This document shows, one piece after another, positions 22,175-29,454 of a stretch of DNA of 59,506 nt. Numbering within the stretch: position 1 is the stretch's first letter; every line of letters begins with the position of its first letter. The DNA comes from a virus. Taxonomy: Duplodnaviria > Caudoviricetes. Below the pieces are notes generated by a model, which was given only the letters and a program-made list of their open reading frames with translations, had not been told where the DNA came from and searched no databases. The stretch lies in the IMG/VR virus record IMGVR_UViG_3300005758_000046, positions 1-59,506 of that record; one strand, given 5' to 3'. Both the position numbers and the translations under genes were made by a program.

Positions 22175-22192
22175 TGATAAATATATTTATCA
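22175..22192. promoter_or_regulatory. Perfect palindrome carrying late-promoter boxes (GATAAATA) on both strands
   Basis: TGATAAATATATTTATCA between the divergent baseplate operon and gp55; resembles the T4 late consensus TATAAATA. Confidence 0.65.
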
Positions 22193-22223
22193 GTCAAAAA
22201 GTCACCATTTTTTACCATTTATC

Positions 22224-22253
22224 TTGTCTTTCAGATAACAATTGAGTTATCAT
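22224..22253 (+). promoter_or_regulatory. Possible sigma70-type promoter for gp55
   Basis: TTGTCT-18 nt-TATCAT upstream of the GGAG RBS and ATG 22279. Confidence 0.35.
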
Positions 22254-22278
22254 TACTTCAACAAAAATACGGAGAAAT

Positions 22279-23169
22279 ATGAGCATAGCCACAAAAAAAC
22301 CAGTCAATTACTTAAACAACAAAGACATTCTTAAAGAAATTCATTTAAGTAAAAATACCTACTGTAGTTATAAAAACCCAGACAAAGATCACAAATACGA
22401 TTACATCATAGACTTACCTCAAGAAACATTAAAAAATTGCTTTGCAACCGCACTTCAGCCTGAAGTATTACAGACTGCAAAAGAAAATCATGCTGCTAGA
22501 ATATTTTTAGAAACAGGCACAAAGGTAGACCCAAATACAATTGATGAAACCGAACTTACTTTTAGAATAATGACATGGGATCATATTCCAGTAGCACCAA
22601 AGCAACCCAGAAAAATCGACAAAAAGAAAACAGCCAAAGACATTTTTGAATTTGAGGATGACACTGAAGAGTTCGAAGATTTGGAAGATCCATCACTTAA
22701 AGGGGATGTTGATGACATGGTTCATGTTAAGGTTAACTTTCCTCCGTTTCAACACTTTAGAATGGACAAAAATAGAACATTTAGATGTGTTGGAAAAAGC
22801 CATTGGATAGGTAACATGTCTGATGGAGAATTTAGTAAAGATCACGGAAACATTACCAATAAATTAGCCAAAATGTATATTATGATGTGTGAAAAATATG
22901 CAATGAAGTTTAATTGGCGAGGGTATACCTACAATGATGAGATGCGCAACAGTGCTATTCTTCAATTAACTTATGTAGGACTTAGGTTTAATGAAGCTAA
23001 ATCACAAAATCCATTTGCATACTACACTGCTGCAATAACTAATAGTTTTTGTCGCGTCTTAAACTCCGAAAAACGAAATCAGAATATACGCGATGATATT
23101 TTAGAAATGAATGGTCTAAATCCTAGTTGGACACGTATGGGTCAGATGAGTATGACTTATGAAGAATAA
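22279..23169 (+). CDS. gp55: Late transcription sigma factor, gp55-like
   Basis: NYLNNKDILKEI, FNWRGYTYNDEM and FNEAKSQNPFAYYT motifs; gp55-gp47-gp46 order as in T4-like phages. Confidence 0.88.
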   Translation: MSIATKKPVNYLNNKDILKEIHLSKNTYCSYKNPDKDHKYDYIIDLPQETLKNCFATALQPEVLQTAKENHAARIFLETGTKVDPNTIDETELTFRIMTWDHIPVAPKQPRKIDKKKTAKDIFEFEDDTEEFEDLEDPSLKGDVDDMVHVKVNFPPFQHFRMDKNRTFRCVGKSHWIGNMSDGEFSKDHGNITNKLAKMYIMMCEKYAMKFNWRGYTYNDEMRNSAILQLTYVGLRFNEAKSQNPFAYYTAAITNSFCRVLNSEKRNQNIRDDILEMNGLNPSWTRMGQMSMTYEE

Positions 23170-23178
23170 CCATATTAG

Positions 23179-23207
23179 TTGATATTCATACAATTAGTTC
23201 ATATAAT
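23179..23207 (+). promoter_or_regulatory. Sigma70-type promoter, probably giving a leaderless gp47 mRNA
   Basis: TTGATA-17 nt-TATAAT; ATG at 23214 lies 6 nt after the -10 box and there is no SD. Confidence 0.65.
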
Positions 23208-23213
23208 AGTGGT

Positions 23214-24227
23214 ATGACTAACCTATTTAAAAAAGCAGCCGTATTTACCGACATTCATTTCGGTTTAAAAACAAATAGCCTACAACACAACCAAGACTGT
23301 GAGAAATTTGTAGATTGGTTCATTTCTGAGTCAAAAAAAGAAAATTGCGAAACTTGTTTCTTTTTGGGAGATTGGCATCATCATAGAGCCAGTATCAATC
23401 TACATACCTTACAGTTTAGCCTGCAAGCAATAGAAAAGCTTAGCAAAAATTTCGACAGAGTTTTTTTCATACCTGGCAATCACGATCTTTATTATCGTGA
23501 TCGTAGAGATATACATTCCGTAGAGTGGGCAAAGCATTTACCTAATATCACACTAGTAAATGATTGGCATATGGAAGGTGAAGTTGTAATTTCCCCGTGG
23601 TTGGTTCAGGATGATTATAAAAAATTACAAAAGCTTTCCGGAAAATATTTATTTGGTCATTTTGAATTGCCACACTTCTATATGAATGCTATGGTAGAGA
23701 TGCCCGATCACGGTGAGCTGAATGAAAACCACATGAAGGGATTCGATAAAGTATTCAGTGGTCATTTTCATAAGCGCCAAGCAAGAAAGAATATTTGGTA
23801 TATAGGAAATGCGTTCCCACATAATTACGCAGATGCAGGTGATGATGCACGTGGCATGATGATTTTAGAATGGGGCAATGAACCTGTATTCCGAGCTTGG
23901 CCTAGACAACCACTTTATAGAGTATATAAACTAAGCGAAGTTTTGGAAAATCCAGAAGGGTTGTTATTGATTGACAGCCACGTTAGAGTACATTTAGATA
24001 TTGATATCAGCTATGAAGAAGCGAATTTTATTCGGGAAACATTAATACCCGAACACAAATTGCGAGAAATGACACTTATTCCAATGAAGCTAGAGCAAGC
24101 AGAGCAACAGGGGTTAGACGGACTTAAGTTTGAATCGGTCGATCAAATTGTCATCGACCAAATAAACTCTATTGAATCTAACGCATTTGACAAAAAAATT
24201 CTGTTAGACATATATAACAACCTATGA
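23214..24227 (+). CDS. gp47: Recombination endonuclease subunit gp47 (Mre11/SbcD)
   Basis: Metallophosphoesterase motifs DIHFG, LGDW, GNHD, GHF, SGHFH. Confidence 0.92.
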   Translation: MTNLFKKAAVFTDIHFGLKTNSLQHNQDCEKFVDWFISESKKENCETCFFLGDWHHHRASINLHTLQFSLQAIEKLSKNFDRVFFIPGNHDLYYRDRRDIHSVEWAKHLPNITLVNDWHMEGEVVISPWLVQDDYKKLQKLSGKYLFGHFELPHFYMNAMVEMPDHGELNENHMKGFDKVFSGHFHKRQARKNIWYIGNAFPHNYADAGDDARGMMILEWGNEPVFRAWPRQPLYRVYKLSEVLENPEGLLLIDSHVRVHLDIDISYEEANFIRETLIPEHKLREMTLIPMKLEQAEQQGLDGLKFESVDQIVIDQINSIESNAFDKKILLDIYNNL

Positions 24228-25987
24228 TTCTATTAAAAAATATAACTCTTAGAAACTTTTTAAGCACCGGACAAGTCACTCAAGCAATTGATTTAAACAA
24301 GCAAGAACTAACGTTAATATTAGGTGAAAATCTTGATTTGGGAGGAGACGGTGCGCGAAATGGTACCGGAAAAACTACGTTAATTCAAGGACTTAGCTAT
24401 GCATTGTTCGGTGTGCCCATAAATGACATAAGAAAAGATAATTTGGTAAACAGGACCAACGGTAAGGGCATGTTGGTTACATTAGAGTTTTCAGTTAACG
24501 GCGTAGATTACAAAATAGAGCGCGGCAGAAAACCTAACATACTAAGATTTTATGTAAACAATGATTTACAGAAATCGCAAGATGACGCTCAGGGCGAAAA
24601 TAAAGAAACGCAACATGCGATAGAAAAAGTTATTCACATGAGCAGGGACATGTTTACTCATGTTGTTGCGTTAAACACTTATACTCAGCCGTTTTTAGCC
24701 TTAAAGTCCAACGAACAACGAGCTATCATAGAGCAACTTTTGGGTATTACGCTGCTATCTGAAAAAGCTGAATCTATCAAACTCCTAATAAAAGACACCA
24801 AAGATGAAATTCAACAAGAAGAATTTAGAATAAAAGCAGTTGAAGAAGCCAATAAAAGAGTTAAAGAGCAAATAGACGCTTTGAAGAGGCGACAAAAACT
24901 ATGGATTAATAAGCGTGATGAAGATGTTTCTAATCTAAAATCCAGTTATGACGAGTTAAGCAAAATTGATATTACCACTGAATTACTGTTGCACAAAAAG
25001 TTAACCGAACATGTACAACTTGTTAAGGATTACAATGATTTAAAAAAACTGTTAACTAGGTGCGAAATAGATTTAGACAAAGAAACTAAGTTAGTAGACA
25101 AACTCAAAAAAGAAATAGAGTCACTAAAGAAACATGAATGCTATGCATGTGGACAATCTTTACATGATGCAAAGCACGAAGAGGTGTTGCTTCTAAAAGA
25201 AAAATCGTTGAAGGATGCATCCTTACAGGTTATAACAACGGTAGGTGAAATGCAAGAATTGAATCTTGCATTAAAAACAATCGGGGAGCCAGGGCCAGCG
25301 CCTAAACCCTTTTACGATAAAGAAAGTGATGCAATCGAACACAAAAGCACGATGACTAACATAACACAAATGTTAGAAAGCAAATTAAAGGAAGTTGATC
25401 CGTATCACGAGCAAATTTCAGAAATGGAGAGTCAAGCCCTACAAGAAATCAGTTTTGATCAAATTAATAAGTTAACTAAAAAAATGGAGCATCAAAAATT
25501 TTTGCTAGACCTGCTAACTAGCAAAGATAGTTTTGTTCGTAAAAAAATTATTGATCAAAATCTGAGTTATCTAAATGCTAGATTGACACATTACTTAGAC
25601 AAAATTGGTTTACCTCACCAAGTTGTTTTCAAGAATGATTTGCAAGTGGAAATTACTGAACTGGGTCGAGAGTTAGATTTTGACAACTTATCTAGAGGTG
25701 AAAGAAATAGATTAATATTGGGGTTAAGTTTTGCTTTTAGGGATGTGTGGGAAAGTTTGTATACTTCTATTAACACATTATTCATTGATGAACTTATCGA
25801 TTCTGGTTTAGATACATTGGGTGTAGAAAACAGTATCGCTATATTAAAGGACATGAGTAGGCGCCGACAAAAATCTATTTGGTTAGTTTCACATAGAGAA
25901 GAATTGTCCGGTCGGGTACCTAGTGTGTTAAAAGTTATTAAAGAAAATGGATTTACCTCATATAATACTGCGGTGGATATCGAATGA
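24224..25987 (+). CDS. gp46: Recombination ATPase gp46 (Rad50/SbcC)
   Basis: Walker A RNGTGKTT, zinc hook CYAC, signature LSRGE, Walker B LFIDE, H-loop VSH. Confidence 0.93.
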   Translation: MILLKNITLRNFLSTGQVTQAIDLNKQELTLILGENLDLGGDGARNGTGKTTLIQGLSYALFGVPINDIRKDNLVNRTNGKGMLVTLEFSVNGVDYKIERGRKPNILRFYVNNDLQKSQDDAQGENKETQHAIEKVIHMSRDMFTHVVALNTYTQPFLALKSNEQRAIIEQLLGITLLSEKAESIKLLIKDTKDEIQQEEFRIKAVEEANKRVKEQIDALKRRQKLWINKRDEDVSNLKSSYDELSKIDITTELLLHKKLTEHVQLVKDYNDLKKLLTRCEIDLDKETKLVDKLKKEIESLKKHECYACGQSLHDAKHEEVLLLKEKSLKDASLQVITTVGEMQELNLALKTIGEPGPAPKPFYDKESDAIEHKSTMTNITQMLESKLKEVDPYHEQISEMESQALQEISFDQINKLTKKMEHQKFLLDLLTSKDSFVRKKIIDQNLSYLNARLTHYLDKIGLPHQVVFKNDLQVEITELGRELDFDNLSRGERNRLILGLSFAFRDVWESLYTSINTLFIDELIDSGLDTLGVENSIAILKDMSRRRQKSIWLVSHREELSGRVPSVLKVIKENGFTSYNTAVDIE

Positions 25988-26490
25988 GTACATTGTACTT
26001 GGACATGGACGGAGTAGTTGCAGATTTTGATGCCTATGCGTACCAAACACTAAGGATTGGTCCTTCAGAGGGTGTTTATCCTAGTAATGAATGGAGAAAA
26101 TTAAAAAGTAATCCTAGATTATATAGAGATTTACAAAAAACACCATATGCTGACGAACTTGTTTTCCAATGCAGTATTTTTGCAAAACGAAATAATTTTC
26201 AACTTAAGTTTTTAACTGCAATACCAAAAAATAACGACTTACCGTGGGCGTTTCATGATAAAGTTAAATGGGTAGAAAAAAACGGGTACGGTTCTATTCC
26301 AGTTATGTTCGGACCTTACAGCAAAGATAAACACATGCACTGTGTGCCCGGAGACATTCTTATAGATGACAGGACCAGTAATATTGATGAATGGAACAAA
26401 GCCGGTGGTTATGGAATACTACACAAGAATAGTTACGAAATCACATTAGAGAAATTATTTGCATATGAAAATACTATTAACCGGATATAA
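25984..26490 (+). CDS. HAD-family 5'(3')-deoxyribonucleotidase
   Basis: YLDMDGVVADF and ILIDD..NIDEW..AGG.GILH motifs. Confidence 0.8.
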   Translation: MSTLYLDMDGVVADFDAYAYQTLRIGPSEGVYPSNEWRKLKSNPRLYRDLQKTPYADELVFQCSIFAKRNNFQLKFLTAIPKNNDLPWAFHDKVKWVEKNGYGSIPVMFGPYSKDKHMHCVPGDILIDDRTSNIDEWNKAGGYGILHKNSYEITLEKLFAYENTINRI

Positions 26491-27292
26491 AGGATTTATT
26501 GGGCAAAATATGCTCAAATATATCAAAAACAATACTGATTGGGAAGTTGATACCTTTGAGTGGGGAGAGTACTGGCCCGGAGTATTTGGTTATGATTGGG
26601 TAATTCATTTAGGTGCTATAAGCAGTACAACAGAAAAAGACATAGAAAAGGTGTTGCATCAAAACTATGACTTTTCTAAAAAACTATTTGACGAATGCAA
26701 AACTTTTGGCGTTAACTTACAATATGCTAGTTCGGCTAGTGTATATGGACAACTTACAGAATTTACTGAGGACAGTAATTTAGATCCAATAACTCCATAT
26801 GCTTGGTCAAAATATCTTTTCGAAAGATATGCGTTAGATCACGAATCTGGTAACATTGTGCAGGGATTTAGATATTTTAATGTATACGGAGATCATGAAG
26901 ATCACAAAGGCAATCAAGCCAGTCCGGTGCATCAGTTTGTAAAGCAAGTTAAAGATACTGGAAAAATTAAAATATTTGACGATAGTGAAAATTATTTTAG
27001 AGATTTTATATGTGTCGAAGATGTATGTAGAATTCATGTAGAGTTTATCGAGCGTATTACTGATTCGGGTATTTGGAATTTAGGCACCGGTAAGGCAACA
27101 AGTTTTGCAAAAGTAGCTGATTATGTCATAAAAAATTACGGGGGAAAAATAAAGTACGTAATGATGCCCGACAATTTAAAAAGAAGCTACCAATATTATA
27201 CATGCAGTGACAATACTAAATTAGAAGACACTTTAGGGAAACAATATTGGATTTCAATAAAAGATTTTTTAAAAGATAAAACGAAAGCATAA
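26465..27292 (+). CDS. hldD: NAD-dependent epimerase, ADP-L-glycero-D-manno-heptose 6-epimerase-like
   Basis: GYKGFIG Rossmann motif, HLGAISSTTE, YASSASVYG, YAWSK, FRYFNVYG..E.HKG.QAS. Confidence 0.75.
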   Translation: MKILLTGYKGFIGQNMLKYIKNNTDWEVDTFEWGEYWPGVFGYDWVIHLGAISSTTEKDIEKVLHQNYDFSKKLFDECKTFGVNLQYASSASVYGQLTEFTEDSNLDPITPYAWSKYLFERYALDHESGNIVQGFRYFNVYGDHEDHKGNQASPVHQFVKQVKDTGKIKIFDDSENYFRDFICVEDVCRIHVEFIERITDSGIWNLGTGKATSFAKVADYVIKNYGGKIKYVMMPDNLKRSYQYYTCSDNTKLEDTLGKQYWISIKDFLKDKTKA

Positions 27293-27300
27293 GTAGTCAC

Positions 27301-27867
27301 ATGCCCAGCTCACAAAAAAATAAAGGATCCAGTTTTGAAAGAGAAGTTGCTAAATTTCTTTCGGATTTGTACGGAGAAAGTTTTATTAGAGCACCTGGTT
27401 CAGGTGCATATGTGGGCGGGGTTAATCAAAGCAGAAAGCAATTTTTACACGAGGGTCAAATACGTAGTTTTAAGGGAGACATTGTTCCAGGACAAAGTTT
27501 TTCTAAATTTAATGCGGAGTGTAAAAGTTATAAAGACTTTCCATTTCACCTCCTTCTTACGGGTGAAAGCAAACAGTTTGACCAATGGCTATCTCAAATG
27601 TTAGATGTGGCTGATGACGGCGACTTGAACATCCTATTCATGAAATTTAACCGAATAGGAAGATATGTAGCCGTACAGCCAAAGCTAACTTGGGTACTAG
27701 ACAATTATACTTTTTATTCTAGCGAAAAATACGGTGATTGGATAATCGCAGAATTTGACAGCTTTTTTAAATTCAACAAAGACTTAGTTAAAACTTATTC
27801 AGGCTCAACAGACACAAAGTCATCTTTTTCACAATTTACCACTTCAAATATACAATTAGACGGCTGA
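27301..27867 (+). CDS. Holliday junction resolvase-like PD-(D/E)xK nuclease
   Basis: KNKGSSFEREVA..R.PGSGA..GDIV..AECK (Hjc-like pattern). Confidence 0.75.
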   Translation: MPSSQKNKGSSFEREVAKFLSDLYGESFIRAPGSGAYVGGVNQSRKQFLHEGQIRSFKGDIVPGQSFSKFNAECKSYKDFPFHLLLTGESKQFDQWLSQMLDVADDGDLNILFMKFNRIGRYVAVQPKLTWVLDNYTFYSSEKYGDWIIAEFDSFFKFNKDLVKTYSGSTDTKSSFSQFTTSNIQLDG

Positions 27868-28212
27868 GTTGTCAGTCCTCCTTGAGAAAGTACGGGTAGT
27901 GCTGTGCTGACGGATCTGGAGTATGCATGTCAGTAATGACATGGAATGTCGAGAGGGCAATCTTGGATAGGGAACCCTCAATGAGTCTATATCTCACTCT
28001 GTTTTGCGGATATAGAACATGCGTTGCCGAAGAACTAAATTATAAAAGTTTAGTAGCTTCACTACAGTCCCATAATACTTACCGGGCAACCGACAGCGTA
28101 TAGCAACAAAAAGAGTTAGCTATTCGGGGAATAAACAGCAAATGGATGACGGGCATGGCAAGTTTCCAATTGGTAGTGCTGAATAGCACTACCATGGCTT
28201 CAAAGCGGCAAT
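27868..28212 (+). ncRNA. Candidate large structured non-coding RNA of unknown class
   Basis: ORF-free, richer in GC than its flanks, with many stems including G-U pairs and a GUAA tetraloop (see findings). Confidence 0.5.
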
Positions 28213-28252
28213 GTATTTAAAAACAAATAAAATTACTTGTTAATAACAATCC

Positions 28253-28312
28253 AATTCCGAACAATACGAACGAAGTGAGTATGTGAAGGAATTAGATGAA
28301 CGAAGTTCATCT
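28253..28312 (+). other. Two hairpins with C-GAA-G triloops, the first with tandem GA mismatches (ssDNA-type structure)
   Basis: AATTCC-GA-AC(A)ATAC-GA-AC-GAA-GT-GA-GTATGT-GA(A)-GGAATT and AGATGAAC-GAA-GTTCATCT. Confidence 0.55.
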
Positions 28313-28350
28313 TTACTGTTCAATTAAAGTTTCAATTAAATCAACCAAAG

Positions 28351-28587
28351 TTAGAAGAAAGGTAGTTTGGTATTCTTTGTTGTTTCTAAATTTTCTTCTA
28401 TAATTTTGCCTATGGCTTGCCGTTCATGCACACTCATGTTTAGTATATCTGTATAAGATATACCTCCCCTCATATACCAAGCCATTTTTATTGCTGTTTC
28501 TTTAATGTCTTGGCAATCTTTTTCCATTTCGTCTATCAACTTCTTGACTTCGTGAGGTTCGAGAGTAAGAAGTCTTAATCGAAAAAA
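28351..28587 (-). CDS. Baseplate hub/tail assembly chaperone extension (gp51-like), probably reached by -1 frameshift from the gp26-like gene
   Basis: The -1 frame is open from slippery T TTT TTC (28587-28581): FRLRLLTLEPHEVKKLIDEMEK..WYMRGGISYTDILNMSVHER. Confidence 0.65.
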   Translation of the reverse strand, partial: FFRLRLLTLEPHEVKKLIDEMEKDCQDIKETAIKMAWYMRGGISYTDILNMSVHERQAIGKIIEENLETTKNTKLPFF

Positions 28588-29402
28588 TCTGAGATGTTTA
28601 AATCAAAGGGCTGTTGATACTCGTGAGTACAGCTTTGGCATTTTATTTCTAAAGGTTTTATTTCCGTTTCTTGTTTTAGAGCAATTGATTTATCTCTAAT
28701 GAATTCGTACTCTTTTTTGGGAATGTTAAGCAAATACTCTTTAATAAATTCTCTATCTAAAACTAGATCGGTTGGAGTTTTTACATACTCTATCATCTCT
28801 AACGTTAGCTTCGATGCCAATTCGGTCATGTCCTTAACCAATCCACTGGTTTTAGTTTCTTTCTCTTTCTCATCAGTTGTGTCCTGAATACGTCTAAATG
28901 TCTGTTGCAATGAAAACTGCTCTTGACTGATTTTATTCAACGTTCTATAGGGAACAGATTTATACTTTATTGCTATATCAGAGTTAACTGGATGTAACTC
29001 GTTGTATTTTCCTGATTGTATAGAATTTAACATACCCACTAAGTCTACGTCATACTTGTGAGATTCACCACATTTTGGGCATACAGTATCTACTTCTGCT
29101 GTACTACCTTTAGTGGCAATTTTTATGGACAGTAGTAACGGGTCCAAATCTATTTGAGGTATCACCCATGGGTCTAATATATTAGGGGCACAACTACGTA
29201 TAAGTTCAACAACTGCAACACCGTTGAATAGTGCATCTGGGGTTCTAGCGGTTATTTCATCTAATGCAGTCATTGGATATATTGGTATTTCTCCGTTTTC
29301 GGGTAGGTTCAATGATCCTTCAGGATATCCCATGCCCTTACTAGGTAAGGAAAAATATAAAGCAGGTCTTCTAAAATAGTTACTTAACGGGTTGTTTAGC
29401 AT
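28575..29402 (-). CDS. gp26: Baseplate hub assembly chaperone, gp26-like
   Basis: RBS GGAG before ATG 29402; LPSKG..YPMTALDEI..DLDPLLLSIKIATKG, CPKC and CQSC zinc motifs, C-terminal DFFD. Confidence 0.72.
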   Translation of the reverse strand: MLNNPLSNYFRRPALYFSLPSKGMGYPEGSLNLPENGEIPIYPMTALDEITARTPDALFNGVAVVELIRSCAPNILDPWVIPQIDLDPLLLSIKIATKGSTAEVDTVCPKCGESHKYDVDLVGMLNSIQSGKYNELHPVNSDIAIKYKSVPYRTLNKISQEQFSLQQTFRRIQDTTDEKEKETKTSGLVKDMTELASKLTLEMIEYVKTPTDLVLDREFIKEYLLNIPKKEYEFIRDKSIALKQETEIKPLEIKCQSCTHEYQQPFDLNISDFFD

Positions 29403-29423
29403 GTTTTCTCCAAAAACAGTAGT

Positions 29424-29445
29424 CATAAATATAGATATATTTATA
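29424..29445. promoter_or_regulatory. Pair of late promoters for the tape measure gene (+, CATAAATA) and gp26-like gene (-, TATAAATA)
   Basis: CATAAATA at 29424-29431 (+) and TATAAATA at 29445-29438 (-) in a 52-nt divergent intergenic gap. Confidence 0.6.
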
Positions 29446-29454
29446 GGTAAAACT

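Noticed and set aside
4380-22245. Plus-strand ORFs in the track across the baseplate operon (e.g. 9571-9795, 13266-13697, 15015-15914, 18807-19193)
   Set aside because: They are antisense shadows of long minus-strand genes, with no RBS or recognisable motifs
27868-28340. tRNA, tmRNA, RNase P, group I/II intron or retron as the identity of the structured region
   Set aside because: No T-loop/CCA cloverleaf, tmRNA ends or RNase P P4 motif was seen. Flanking genes are intact and convergent, so it is not an intron. No reverse transcriptase is in the window. A covariance search is still needed.
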